From: Malacoraja senta
Lineage: Eukaryota
Length of the DNA: 59,711 bases
NCBI GenBank assembly: GCA_038087875.1
Contig: JAXLNO010000661.1
Coordinates: forward strand, 1 to 59,711
Direction: 5' to 3'
Part shown: piece after piece, positions 11,301 to 24,503 of the stretch
How the letters are laid out: each line of letters opens with the position of its first letter
Position numbering within the stretch: position 1 is the first letter of the stretch
The notes under the pieces: generated by a model
Told to the model about the DNA's origin: nothing
The model's database searches: none
What the model saw: only the letters and a program-made list of their open reading frames with translations
Translations under genes and position numbers: made by a program

Positions 11301-13495
11301 TGCATTCTCAAAGCAAACCACATTTTGCATTTTGAATGCAAACCACCTATAGCATTTCCAAAGCAACCACCTTTTGCATTTTCAAAGCAAACCTCCTTTT
11401 GCATTTTTAAAGCAAACCAGCTTTCGCATTTTCAAAGCATACCACCTTTTGCATTTTCAAAGCAAACTACCTTTTGCATTTTCAAAGCAAACCGCCTTTT
11501 GGCATTTAATAGCAAACCAATTTTGCATTTTCAAATCAAACCACCATTTGCATTTTCAAAGCAAACCAACTTTTGCGTTTTAAAAGCAAACCACCTTTTG
11601 CATTTTCAAAGCAAACCACCATTTGCATATTAAAAGCAAGCCAATTTTTTCATTTTCAAATCAAACCACGTTTTGCAATTTCAAAGCAAACCACCTTTTG
11701 CATTTTCAAAGCAAACCACCTTTTACATTTTCAAAGAAAACCATCTACTGCATTTTTAATGCAAACTTTTTGCATTTTCAAAGCACACCACCTTTTGCAT
11801 TTTCAAACCAACCCACCTTTTCCATTTTCAAAGCAAACCACGTTTTGCAATTTCAAAGCAAACCTTTTGGCATTTTCAAAGCAATCCACCTTTTGCGTTT
11901 TCGAAGCAAACTACCTTTTCAAAGCAAACCACCTTTTGCATTTTAAAAGCAATCCACCTGTTGCAATTTCAAAGCAAACCACCTTTTCCATTTTCAAAAC
12001 AAACCACTTTTTGCATTTCCAAAGTAAACCACCTTTTGCATTTTCAAAGCAAACCACTTTTTGCATTTGAATGCAAACCACCTATAGAATTTTCAAAGCA
12101 AACCACCTTTTGCATTTTCAAAGCAAACCGCCTTTTGGCATTATATAGCAAACCAATTTTGCATTTTCAAATCAAACCACCATTTGCATTTTCAAAGCAA
12201 ACCACCTTTTGCGTTTTAATAGCAAACCACCTTTTGCATTTTCAAAGCAAACCACCATTTGCATATTAAAAGCAAGCCACTTTTCGCATTTTCAAATCAA
12301 ACCACGTTTTGTATTTTCAAATCAAACCACCTTTAGCATTTTAAAAGCAAACCACCATTTGCCCTTCAAAGGAAACCACTATTTGCATTTTCAAAGCAAA
12401 TCTTTTGCATTTTCAAAGTAAACCCTTTGCATTTCCAAAGCAAACCACCTTTTTCATTTTCAAAGCAAAGCACCGTTTGCATTTTCAAAGCAAACCACCT
12501 ATTGCAATTTCAAAGCAAACCACCTTTTGTATTTTCAAAGCAAACCACCTTTTGCATTTTCAAAGCAAACCACTTGTTTTGCAATTTCAAAGCAAACCAC
12601 CTTTTGCATTTTCAAAGCAAACCACTTATTCCATTTTCAAAGCAAATCATCTACTGCATTTTTAAAGCAAACCTTTTTGCATTTTCAAAGCAAACCACCT
12701 TTTGCATTTTCAAAGCAAACCACTACTGCATTTTCAAAGCAAACCACCTTTTGCATATTTAAAGCAAACCACTTTTTTTTTGCATTTTCAAAGCAAACCA
12801 CCTATAGCATTTCCAAAGCAAACCACCTTTTGCATTTTCAAAGCAAACCTCTTTTTCCATTTTCAAAGCAAACCACGTTTTGCATTTTCAAAGCACACCA
12901 CCTTTTGCATTTTCAAAGCACACCACCTTTTGCATTTTCAAAGCAAACCACCTTTTGCATTTTCAATGCAAACCATCAAACCAACTTTTGCATGTTCAAA
13001 GCAAACCACCTTTTGCATATTTAAAGCAAACCACTTTTTTTGCATTTTCAAAGCAAACCACCTATAGCATTTCCAAAGCAAACCACCTTTTGCATTTTCA
13101 AAGCAAACCTCCTTTTCCATTTTCAAAGCAAACCACATTTTGCATTTTCAAAGCACACCACCTTTTTAATTTTCAAAGCACACCACCTTTTGCATTTTCA
13201 AAGCAAACCACCTTTTGCATTTTCAATGCAAACCATCAAACCAACTTTTGCATTTTCAAAGCTAACCCCCTTTTGCATTTTCAAAACAAACGACCTTTTG
13301 CATTTTCAAAGCAAACCACATTTTGCATTTTCAAAGCAAACTTCCTTTTGGCGTTTATATAGCAAACCACCTTTAGCATTTTAAAAGCAAACCACCTTTT
13401 GCATTTTCAAAGCAAAACACCTTTTTCATTTTCAAAGCAAACCACCTTTTGCATTTTCATGCAAACCACCTTTTGCATTTTCAAACCAGACCACC

Positions 13496-14262
13496 ATATA
13501 AACATATAACCATATAACCATTACAGCACGGAAACAGGCCATCTCGGCCCTTCACGTCCGTGCCGAACATTAAAAAAAAAAAAAAAACTTCCCCCTAGTC
13601 CCATCTACCTGCACTCAGACCATAACCCTCCATTCCTTTCACGTCCATATACCCATCCAATCTATTTTTAAAGGATAACATCGAACCAGCCTCCACCACT
13701 TCCACTGGAAGCTCATTCCACACAGCTACCACTCTCTGAGTAAAGAAGTTCCCCCTAATGTTACCCCTAAACTTCTGTCCCTTAATTCTCAAGTCATGTC
13801 CCCTTGTTTGAATCTTCCGTACTCTCAATGGAAAAAGCTAATCCACGTCAACTCTGTCTAAACCGCTCATAATTTTAAAGAACTCTATCAAGTCCCCTCT
13901 TAACCTTCTGTGCTCCAAAAAATAAAGACCTAACTTGTTCAACCTTTCTCCGGAACTTAGTTGCTGAAACCCAGGCAACATTCTAGTAAATCTCCTCTGT
14001 ACTCTCTCTATTTTGTTGACATCCTTCCTATAATTAGGCGACCAAAATTGTACTCCATACTCCAGAATTGGCTTCACCGATGCCTTGTACAATTTTAACA
14101 TTACATCCCAACTTCTATATTCAATGCTCTGATTTATAAAGGCCAGCAACCCAAAAGCTTTCTTTACCACCCTATCTACATGAGATTCCACCTTCAGGGA
14201 AATATGCACAGTTATTCCTAGATCCCTCTGTTCAACTGCATTCCTCAATTCTCTACCATCTA
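13496..14262 (-). mobile_element. HER1/CR1-like LINE, 5'-truncated, inserted in the satellite
   Basis: ORF2 C-terminus (LYKASVKPILEYGVQFWSP...RRLRGDLIE), 3' UTR and (ggttatat)n-type tail. Confidence 0.93.
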
Positions 14263-14981
14263 CCACCTTTTGCATTTTCAAAGCAAAACACCTTTTCCAT
14301 TTTCAAAGCAAACCACCTTTTCCATTTTCAAAGCAACCCTTTTTGCATTTTCAAAGCAATCCACCTTTTGCATTTTCAAAGCAAACCACCTTTTCAAAGC
14401 AAACCACCTTTTGCATTTTCAAGGCAAACCCCTTTTGCAATTTCAAAACAAACCACATTTTGCATTTTCAAAGCAAACCATTATTTGCATTTTCAAAGCA
14501 AACCACCTTTTGCATTTTCAAAGCAAACCACTTTTTGCATTTTCAAAGCAAACTACCTGTAGCATTTTCAAAGCAAACCACCTTTTGCATTTTCAAAGCA
14601 AACCTCCTTTTTGCATTTTTAAAGCAAACCACCTTTTGGATTTTCATAGCACAACACCTTTTGCATTTTCAAAGCAAACCACCTTTTGCATTTTCAAAGA
14701 AAACCATCTTTTGCATTTTCAATTCAAACCACATTTTGCTTTTTCAAAGCAATCCACCTTTTGCATTTTCATTGAAAAGCAGCTTTTGCATTTTCAAAGC
14801 AAATCACCTTTTGCATTTTCAAAGCAAACCACCTTTTGCATTTTCAAAGCAAACCTTTTGCATTTTCAAACAAAACCTTTTGCATTTTCAAAACAAATCG
14901 TTTGCAATTTCAAAGAAAACCACCTGTTGCATTTTCAAAGCAAACCACATTTTGCATTTTCTATGCAAAGCACCTTTTGCA

Positions 14982-15235
14982 TATTTTGTTGACATCCTTC
15001 CTATAATTAGGCGACCAAAATTGTACTCCATACTCCAGAATTGGCCTCACCGATGCCTTGTACAATTTTAACATTACATCCCAACTTCTATATTCAATGC
15101 TCTGATTTATAAAGGCCAGCATCCCAAAAGCTTTCTTTACCACCCTATCTACATGAGATTCCACCTTCAGAGAACTATGCACAGTTATTCTTAGATCCCT
15201 CTGTTCAACTGCATTCCTCAATTCTCTACCATCTA
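14982..15235 (-). mobile_element. Duplicated fragment of the same LINE (973-bp period)
   Basis: Same satellite junction ctctaccatctaccacc as at 14251, offset by 973 bp. Confidence 0.92.
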
Positions 15236-17361
15236 CCACCTTTTGCATTTTCAAAGCAAAACACCTTTTCCATTTTCAAAGCAAACCACCTTTTCCATTT
15301 TCAAAGCAACCCTTTTTGTATTTTCAAAGCAATCCACCTTTTGCATTTTCAAAGCAAACCCCTTTTGCAATTTCAAAACGAACCACATTTTGCATTTTCA
15401 AAGCAAACCATTATTTGCATTTTCAAAGCAAACCACCTTTTGCATTTTCAAAGCAAACCACCTTTTGCATTTTCAAAGAAAACCTTTTCTATTTTCAAAG
15501 CGAACCTTTTGCATTTCCAAACCAAACCACCTTTTGCATTTCTAAACCAAACCACCATTTGCATTTTCAAACTAAACCACATTTTTACATTTTCAAAGAA
15601 AACCACCATTTGCATTATCAAAGCCAACCACATTTTCCATAAAGAAAACCACCTTTTGCATTTTCAAAGCAAACCCCCTTTTGCATTTTCAAAGCAAACC
15701 TTTTGCATTTTCAAAGCAAACCTTGGGCATTCTCAAGGCAAACCACCTTTTGCATTTTCAAAGCAAACCACAATTTGCATTTTCAAAGCAAAACCCTTTT
15801 TTCATTTTCAAAGCAAACCATTCTTGCATTTTCAAAGCAAACCAACAATTGCATTTTCAAAGAATACCACCTTTTGCATTTTCAGGGCAAACCACCTTTT
15901 GCATTTTCAATGCAATCCACCTTTTGCTTTTTCAAAGCAAACCTTTTACATTTTCAAACCAAACCTTTTGCATTTTCAAACCAAACCTTTTGCATTTTCA
16001 AACCAAATCTTTTGCATAGCTAAACCGAACCACCTTTTGCATTTTCAAAGCAAACCACCTTTTGCATTTTCAAAACAAACCACCTTTTGCATTTTAAAGC
16101 AAACCTTTCGCATTTTCAAAGCAAACATTTTGCATTTTCAAACCAAACCAACTTTTGCATTTTCAAAGCAAACCACCTTTTGCATTTTCAAAGCAAACCA
16201 TTCTTGCATTTTGAAAGCAAACCAACAATTGCATTTTCAAAGAATATCACCTTTTGCATTTTCAAAGCAAACCACCTTTTGCATTTTCAAAGCAAACCTC
16301 CTTTTGCATTTTAAAAGCAAACCTTTCGCATTTTCAAAGCAAACATTTAGCATTTTCAAACCAAACCAACTTTTGCATTTTCAAAGCTAACCACCTTTTG
16401 CAATTTCAAAGCAAACCTTTTGCATTTAACAAAGCAAACCTTTTGCATTTTCAAACCAAACCTTTTGCAGTTTCAAACCAAACCACCTTTTGCATTTTCA
16501 AAGCAAACCATCTTTTGCATTTCGAAACCAGACCACCATTTGCATTTTCAAACCAAACCACCATTTGCGTTTTCAAAGCACACCTTTTGCATTTTCAAAG
16601 CAAACCTTTTGCATTTTCAAACTGAAGTGGGTGCATGTGCGCATGTGCGGGGCTCTTCTAGAGTGTGCGCATGTGCAAGACTTTTCCGGAGTGTGCGCAT
16701 GTGCGAGGTATTTCGGGCGGGAAAGGCCTGCGGAATCAGCCATGTTTGCCAGACGTTTCTGAGTTTATGTATTAAAGAAATAAGTTGCTTAAAGCTTAAA
16801 TATAGTTAAGTAAATTTTGAGTATTGAAAAGTTTCATTTGCCTCGCAACAATATAAGCAACTTATCTTAGCAGTCCGACTTGGGATGGAGAAACTATTGA
16901 AACCACAACGCCTGGATCTGGATCCCAACTCACCTGCTGCTGCAAAGGATTGGAAGCACTGGCTTCGTATACTAAATAACTTCTTTGATGAGTGTGGCAA
17001 TGATGCACCAGACAGACTCAAGACATTAATAAGCTTCGTCTCTTCTGATGTATATGATTACATAGAGGAATGTACAACTTATGTTTCTGCTATTGATGTA
17101 CTAAGCAGACTCTTCGTTAAGACACCCAATGTGATATTCGCTCGACACCTCCATGCTACTCGGAAACAAAAACCTGGTGAGTCAATTGATGAATTTTCAC
17201 AAGAACCTCAAAGACTTAGTAAAGTGTGCCTTCAAAGTAGTTATGGCTGATCAATATCGACAGGAACTTATTCGAGACTCTTTTATCAATGGTTTGGCAT
17301 CACGTTTAATATGACAGAGACTATTAGAAAACAAAACCTTGGATTTACAGTCAGCTTCCAA

Positions 17362-17967
17362 CCGCAAGAGATGCAACACTTGTCCCTTCACCTCCCCCCT
17401 CGACTCCATTCAAGGACATAAGCAGTCGTTCCAGGTGCGACAGAGGTTCACCTGCATCTCCTCCAACCTTATCTATTGCATCCGCTGCTCGAGATGTCAG
17501 CTGATCTACATCGGTGAGACCAAGCGGAGGCTTGGTGATCGTTTCGCCGAACACCTCCGCTCGGTCCGCAATAATCAACCTGACCTCCCGGTGGCTCAGC
17601 ACTTCAACTCCCCCTCCCATTCCGTATCTGACCTCTCTGTCCTGGGCCTCCTCCATGGCCACAGCGAGCAACACCGGAAATTGGAGGAAATGCACCTCAT
17701 ATTCCGCTTGGGCAGTCTACATCCTGCGGGCTTGAATATTGAATTCTCCCAACTCTGCTAGCCCTTGCTGTCCCCTCCCCTTCATCAGCCGTCTGGTTGT
17801 CTCCTCCCCTCCCCCAGCCCTCGGGCTCCTCCTCCTCCTTTTTTCCTTTCTTCTCCCCACCCCCTATCAGTCTGAAGAAGGGTTTCGGCCCGAAACGTTG
17901 CCTATTTCCTTCGCTCCATAGATGCTGCTGCACCCGCTGAGTTTCTCCAGCATTTTTGTGTACCTTC
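17362..17967 (+). mobile_element. Penelope-like element 3' part (GIY-YIG endonuclease plus pLTR) inserted in Gypsy gag
   Basis: NLIYCIRCSRCQLIYIGETKRRLGDRFAEH...HFN; flanked by cagcttccaa (17352-17361) and cagcttacaa (17968-17977), a 10-bp TSD with 1 mismatch. Confidence 0.92.
17872..17900 (+). ncRNA. Minimal type I hammerhead ribozyme core in the Penelope pLTR
   Basis: CTGAAGA, stem II GGG/CCC, GAAA and a palindromic ACGT helix III; helix I pairing is weak. Confidence 0.55.
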
Positions 17968-20113
17968 CAGCTTACAATCAAGCTTATTAGACTTGGCTCA
18001 TTAAAATTCTGATGCTTATGACTCATCTAATGTGTATTCTGCTGCAACTACTACAAAATAATTTCACCCAAGTACTAATATGAAGCAAACTGAAACAATT
18101 TCTACTGATAAAGGTGCCCTTGCTGCAGCATATAATTATTCAAAAAGGAAGTTTTACTTTTGCGGGGGTAATATTCACAAGAGAGAGATGCCCTGCTCAA
18201 GAGGCAACTTGTAATAGTTGTGGCAAGAAGGGACATTATTCTAGAGTATGCAAGTCCAAAGCAACTACTAAAAGTGTGACTGCTGCCTTGTATATGCCTT
18301 CTTTATGTGTAATTATAGCTGCATTTCCTTAGAGCTTGTCTCATGCAGCTACAACGGTATCCATCAATGGCCAAACACTTAATGTACTACTTGATTCTGG
18401 CAGTTCAGAAAGTTTTATAAGTGAACAAGTTGTGTCTCGACTAAATCTAACTATAATTCCTTCAAATAGAGAAATCTCGATGGCTCTGACAACTCTCAAT
18501 ACTCAAATTATTGGATCTTGTATTGTAGACTTTATTCTGAACAAAACCAGTTATAAATCTGTATGTCTTGGTATTTTCAAAAATTGGTGTAGCGATATAA
18601 TTCTAGGTCATGATTTTCAGAAACAGCACAGATCACTTCAAATAATGTATGAAGTAACTATGCCTGATCTTGTATTGTCAAAGCCACCAGTATTGTGTGG
18701 TTTTTCTGCTGCATCTGTTGAATGTCCTTCATTATTCACTAATTTATCCTCTAAGTTCAAGCCAACTGCTACAAAATCAAAACATTTTAGTAAAGATGAT
18801 AGGAACTTTATCAACACAGAAGTAACTAATCTTTTACAAGGATGTATCATAGAACCCAGCTCTTCCCCTTGGAGGGCACAAGTTGTCGTGGTTAAGGACC
18901 CCTTGGAGAGACATAGAAAGAGACTCTGCATTGATTACTCTCAAACTATAAACCAGTTCACGGAGCTTGGTGCATATCCACTACCTCGTATAGAAGAGAT
19001 TATCAATACATTAGCTAAGTATAAGATATTCTCTACTTTTGACTTAAAAAGTGCTGACTACCAAATTCCTTTGAAGGAATCAGCGAAGAAATACACTGCT
19101 TTTGAAGCAAATGGGAAATTATATCACCACTGCAGAGTTCCTTTTGGTGTAACTAATGGCGTGACTGTTTTTCAGAGAGAGATGGACAAACTTGTAGAAC
19201 AAGAAAACCTTAAAGATACTTTCCCTTATCTTGATAATATAACTATTGCTGGAAAAGACCAAGCTGAACATGATGAAAATGTACAACGGTTTTTAGATGT
19301 TGTACATTCTAAACATCTAACATTAAATGAGGCAAAGTTAATAACATCACTGTCATCAATTAATATTTTTGGTTATTGGGATGGAAATGTTATAATCAAG
19401 CCTGATCCAGAAAGACCCTGCCCACTCCAAGAGATACCTGTTCCAGTCACATTAAACTCTCTAGGAAGGGTTCTAGGGATGTTTGCATATTATGCTCAAT
19501 GGATACCAATTTTTTTCTGACAAAATTCAACCTTTGAATAGAACAAAATCTTTCCCCCTTGACTCTACAGCAATTGGTGCCTTTACTTCTTTAAAGAAAC
19601 AATTAGAATCTGCGACATTACACGCCATCGATGAGGATCTCTCCTTTGTTGTTGAATGTGATGCCTCTGATTTAGCAGTATCAGCAACATTAAATCAAGG
19701 AGGACGACCAGTGGCTTTCATGTCACGTACTCTCCAAGGTAGTACATTGTACAAAAGGTAGCTACAGCAATTATTGGAGCAGTGAGGAAATGGAGTGATT
19801 TCCTTGCTCGCCAGCACTTCACTTTGATAACAGATCAGCGTTCAGTAGCTTTTATGCTGGATAATCGGAAACGAACGAAGATTAAAGACAGTAAAAGTCA
19901 TGAGTGGAGGATTGAATTATCTGCATATAGTTATTCAATTGAGTACCGCCCTGGTAAGGATAATGTTGCTCCAGATACATTAACTCGAGCATTTTGTGCC
20001 TCTGTTCATTCTTCTGCACTCACTGATCTTCACAATGGGCTGTGTCATCCTGGAATCACACATTTGTTGCACTATGTTCGTTCCAAAAACGTACCTTTCT
20101 CTACAGAAGATAT

Positions 20114-20588
20114 TGTGAGGAAGGGGTTAATAGGTATAGTTGATTTAGACTAAGAACCCTTTGTATTGTAGAGAGTAGATGAGCTTCAAGGATGAGAAAA
20201 AGGAGATAGCGACAGTCCGGGAAGAACTGGGGTAAAGGGCATGAACAACTCTCTAGTGCGCATGGGTAATGAGACAAATGAATATTGCAAACATGCCCAT
20301 CATGACAAGATGTCTCATTTAAATGCACATGCGATGTATGATGTGGGAGGCACCAGGGGCGGTACCGGTAGATTGTGCACCTCAGTGCTCTGATTTGAAA
20401 GGAGCCCGAAGGGGAGGAATAAAGATGTAACAAATGTAAAATGATATGAATAAAAGAGAGTGGCTTTCCCGACCTCGGTGTGTCTCGACAGGGGAGGCAC
20501 CCGACTCTGCAGACTTGCTAATAAATACACTTGTTTCTCTAATTTCTCTAGCATCGTGATTGTGAGCACTCACTTTTTGCACCTCACA
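20114..20588 (+). mobile_element. 5' LTR of a class I endogenous retrovirus (ERV-A)
   Basis: Perfect terminal inverted repeat TGTGAGG...CCTCACA, internal AATAAA, followed by a primer binding site. Confidence 0.9.
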
Positions 20589-20592
20589 AGCC

Positions 20593-20611
20593 TGGGGGCT
20601 CGTCTTGGGAT
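20593..20611 (+). promoter_or_regulatory. tRNA-Pro primer binding site
   Basis: TGGGGGCTCGTCTTGGGAT versus the canonical Pro PBS TGGGGGCTCGTCCGGGAT. Confidence 0.85.
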
Positions 20612-20872
20612 CGCCACTCCGGCCAGCTGGCGGCGGTATACGGGAGAAGGGACGGTGCACCCCGCTGATTCAGCGGCACTGGACCCCTTGTTTGCCGTCA
20701 GCGGGTTGAGCGAGTGATATCCCAGACCAGAGATTAGAGAAACAAGTGGGAGTAGTTGGAAATCGCGAGGAGACAAATCGAGTGATTCTTGTGCACAAGA
20801 CTCGGGTAAGAAAACGACTATTAAGTACTACTCGGAAGATTAAATAGATCGGGGGAAATTCCGATCGGGGGG

Positions 20873-20985
20873 ATGGGCAATGAAAACGGAAAGCCCAAAA
20901 GGGAGGGGAAGGGCGGTAAGCCCGACTCCCGCATTCTGCCTGATAGTCCGTTGGGGCGAATGCTGAGCCTCTGGGGGCAAGGAAA
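20873..20985 (+). pseudogene. gag: ERV-A gag N-terminus (HERV-I/IP10-like matrix)
   Basis: MGNENGK...ILPDSPLGRMLSLW: myristoylation start plus the PDSPLG-x-ML-xx-W motif; interrupted afterwards. Confidence 0.7.
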
Positions 20986-21134
20986 TACCCTGGGATTTTA
21001 TATATGTGATAATTATTTTGTTTATTGTATTTGTAGACCACATTGTAAGAGTAAGTAAGTAAGTAAGTAAGTTTTATTAGAATCAAAAATGTCCACTGTA
21101 GGTAGGTGTATGTTCCTTTAAATAAATTAGGTCA

Positions 21135-23100
21135 TGGTGAAATGCGACGAACAGCTGTAAGATAACGATTAAGTGTTTGTATCCTCGTAACCTAGAAGGG
21201 GAAGTTGTAAAATCAGCTTTTGGTTTTTCTGATGTTCTTTTAGATTTCTAGTCAGTAAAGTTAATTTGGAAAATTGTTACTAGTGCTAGGAATTGGACAT
21301 TTAAAATAGTGGTGAATATGGATTGAAATAATTGGAAATAAGTTAATTGGTAAACATTCAAGTTTAGAAAGAAAGGAGAGAGAGGCAGTTAGGAGATAAC
21401 AGAAGTAGAAAAATGACAGGCGTGAAAGTAATAAAGCAGCAGGAGTCAGTGGAAGATTTAAAAAAGAAAGGTGAATGAATTTGCAAGGAGGCTAGAATAT
21501 TTGAGAAGCAAGAAATTGAGTTTAGAATAAGAAAGAAGGCATACCAGAAAGGATTAAATTTGGAAGCATTGGGATAAAGTGATGAGGCTGCTTTAAAGAG
21601 AAAAGAGAAGGACAGACACAGATTATCCCTTGGGGCACCCATAAACTGAGAGGGCTAAAAAATACCTCACCCTATATCCCTGATGGGGGAGGAAATGGAT
21701 TAGGGCTTTGGAGGAGGAGAACGTGGGACGATTATTGACCATGGAAGATTTGAAGGCACTGTTGGTAAAAGTGAGAGAACTACTAAAGATGGATGGTATA
21801 AACTGATGCGAACAATGTAATAAGCAATGGCATACTGTTTGACACAGTCAGGCAGAGGGTATGGCAGGCCCTCAGACAATGTTACCCACTTAAGAGGAAC
21901 CCCAAGGAACAAAGGGGAGCTACACAAGGAAAGGCAAATAATATAGTCTATCTGGAAAACCAGCTGAAAAGCTGGAGAGTTGATTGATGAACATTATATT
22001 ATGAACTACTGTGGTGGATGTCATTCTTCTTAAAGTCAAGCAGATTGGAGGAGGTGGTGAGATTGTCATTAATTTCCCACCCCCGATTCAGCGAACAGTT
22101 GGTCTCTGCGGTCGAGAAATATCGCAAAGATAGGAAAAAGACTTGCAAACCAGCAGGAGGAGCTGTTGTCAATAAACAATGGACCTGGTTGAAAAGACAA
22201 GTGAGTCCTATGACGGAACCAAGCAGGGCCAGAGAATTACATGCCAATAATGAATGTCTTTGGGGAACGTTTCCTCAAAATGTCCTATCAGGAGTGAAAT
22301 TAATCTGGATATAAGCCCTAACAGGACTGGGGTCCCCAAGAGAGAAAAGGATTTAAAGGAGGATTTGTTGGTATTGTTCCATAAGTGAAAAGCGATGTAA
22401 GAGAGAGAGAGAAATAATAATAATAATAAATAAATAAATACTTCAGAATGTAGGACAGAGGATGATAACCTTGGGAAAAGGCAGGATATAGTTTAGACTA
22501 GATTAGGTATAAGCCCTGTAGTGTCGTTTATGATGAATAAGGTAATTAGGAGGTTTGGTAGACCTACAGAAATCAGCTTTGACAACGGATTGTTTTCATT
22601 TAGGGAGTAGCCAAGTTGGCGATAGAGACCCTTAGAGTAAAATACACATTTGGGTATGTAACACCTGCAGTCGCAGGCATGGTGGAAAGAATAAATGGAA
22701 CATTGAAGGTTAATATAAATAAGATTTGTTTAATTACAAAGTTGAATTGGATCGATGCACTGCCATTGGCACTGAAGAGATGTTGCATGCAAACTAACCG
22801 AGCAGGTGGCACAATGGAGAGGTCCCTACAAGAGACCGAGTTTGGAACAGTTAAATATAGAATTTTGAAAGTATATGAAACAGTTAATTATGATATACAA
22901 GTCTATTTATGAACAGGTAAAGTAAAGGCTGTTGGAGGTGGACCAGGAGGAAGGACCCTTTAAACCTGAAGACAAGGTGTATGTATGAGTTTTCTAAACT
23001 ACCGACCGATGTTCAGGTAGAAAGTTGAAATACCTGGTACCATTTCAATAATTACATTAGGGCTGTCCCGCAGGTATGAATAGATAATAGCCCTGAGGTA
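21135..23100 (+). mobile_element. Second, heavily degraded class I ERV (fish epsilon-like, ERV-B) lying inside ERV-A
   Basis: gag remnants KWIRALEEENVGRLL and SRLEEVVRL...AVEKYRK; integrase core FGRPTEISFDNG...GMVERINGTLK...TKLNWIDALPLAL; most of pol is missing; CA|TGG at 21133-21137 may mark an LTR/PBS junction. Confidence 0.7.
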
Positions 23101-23149
23101 AGTGAACAGAAGGACAAAGATGTGAGAAAAGAGTAGAGTTTTAACAAGA

Positions 23150-24112
23150 ACGTTGTTTGACATCAGTGGTGGGCAAAATAATGGAAAGGATACTTAAGAC
23201 AATATATAAGAATTTGGATAAATAGGGTAGGATTAGGAAGAATTAGCATGGATTTGTGATTGTGATGTTTGACTAATCTTGAATTTTCTGAAAAGGTTAA
23301 TAGGGAAATTGATGATGGTAAAGTGGTGGATGTTGTCTAGATGAACTTCAGTAAGGTCTTTGACAAGGTTCAATAAGGAAATAAGGTTGGTTAAGAAGGG
23401 TTAGTAAGGAATAGCAAGATGGATTAAAAAGTGGCTGTATGGGAGATGTCAGAGAGCAATGGTGGATGGATGTTTGTCAGGTTGGAGGTCAGTGACTAGA
23501 GGGGTACCTCGGGGATGTGTGTTGGGTCCACTGTTGTTTGTCATGTGAATCAATAATCTGGATGTTGGTGTGGTAAAATAGATTAATAAGTATGTAGATG
23601 ATACTAAAATAGGGGGTGTTGTGAATAATGAAGTCGATTTTAAAAGTGTACAGAGAGATTTAGATAATTTGGAAGAGTGGGTTGAAACATGACAGGTGGG
23701 TTTAATGTTGATAAGTGTGAGATGATACATCTTGGCAGGAAAAATCAAAATTGAACGTACATGGTAAATGATTGTGAATTGAGGAATGGGGTTGAACAGA
23801 GGGATCTAGGAATAATTCTGCAAAGTTCCCTGAAGGTGTAATCTCATGAAGATAGGATGGTAAAGAAAGATTTTGGTGTGTTGGCCTTTATAAATCAGAG
23901 CATTGTGTATAGAAGTTGGGTTGTAATGTTAAATAGTGCAAGGTATTGGTGAGGTCAATTGTGGAGTATGGTGTATAATTTTGGTAGGCATAATTATAGG
24001 AAAAAGGTCAAAAATATAGAGAGAGTACAGAGGAGATCAATTAGAATGTTGCCTGGGTTTCAGCAACTAAGACACAGAGAAAGGTTGAACAAGTTAGGTC
24101 TTTATTATTTAG
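23150..24112 (+). mobile_element. HER1/CR1-like LINE RT region, unusually degraded
   Basis: Collinear with about 44085-45060 but with many substitutions and small deletions. Confidence 0.88.
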
Positions 24113-24149
24113 GAAAGATAGTAGGGGTCCCAACAAATACAAGGGAATG

Positions 24150-24430
24150 ATTTATTCCTAAGGAACTATTTACTGGCAGTATCTCGTTCTATTACAGAAT
24201 TAAAAAAACAAGGGGCTGCTCGCACAGAGTCCCCATCTCGACTTTCCAATCCATTCTGTGAAAGCGGGGGACTGGGATCTTGTAACATCATGGAAGGAAG
24301 AAAAGTTGCAACCCCGTTGGACTGGTCCATATTTGGTACTAATGACCACGGAAACAGCAGTGCGGACAAAAGAAAAAGGGTGGACATACGCAAGTCGAGT
24401 TAAGGGTCCTGTGGAGGCCCCACCAGACAA
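24150..24430 (+). pseudogene. pol: ERV-A integrase C-terminus
   Basis: LFLRNYLLAV...LLAQSPHLDFPIHSVKAGD...SWKEEKLQPRWTGPYLVLMTTETAVRTKEKGW, HERV-I-like, with frameshifts. Confidence 0.8.
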
Positions 24431-24503
24431 TATCAGCCCGTGGACTGTGCGCAAAGGAGAGGAACCATTGACTTTAATATTTACCAAGAACCCGCGGGGA
24501 AAA

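Larger units (their letters stand above)
1497..16080 (+). repeat. Left arm of large inverted segmental duplication
   Basis: 1497-2108 mirrors 59711-59100, 3803-5760 mirrors 59098-57256, and the satellite and LINE blocks mirror 57253-51175. Confidence 0.95.
5764..16621 (+). repeat. 25-bp satellite array (TTTTGCATTTTCAAAGCAAACCACC), interrupted at 13496-14262 and 14982-15235
   Basis: Hundreds of diverged monomers; the 25-aa cycling translation (3 monomers) confirms the period. Confidence 0.97.
16623..20113 (+). mobile_element. Ty3/Gypsy LTR retrotransposon, degenerate and 3'-truncated
   Basis: Putative 5' LTR TG(16623)...CA(about 16850); gag from 16885; CCHC knuckle CNSCGKKGHYSRVC; protease LLDSGS; RT YLDNI; RNase H ECDASD; integrase start LHNGLCHPG, cut at 20113. 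Contains frameshifts and stops. Confidence 0.92.

Noticed and set aside
5945..13490. Octamer (ATTTGCAT) and forkhead-like motifs in satellite variants
   Set aside because: They arise by single changes from the monomer; the sequence alone gives no evidence of function.
5764..16621. CRISPR-like appearance of short, partly palindromic repeats
   Set aside because: Units are head-to-tail with no unique spacers, there are no cas genes, and the context is vertebrate.
5718..16809. Dozens of long F/S/K/Q-rich ORFs, and their mirror at 51065-57299
   Set aside because: Translations of the 25-bp satellite, which lacks stop codons on one strand; not proteins.
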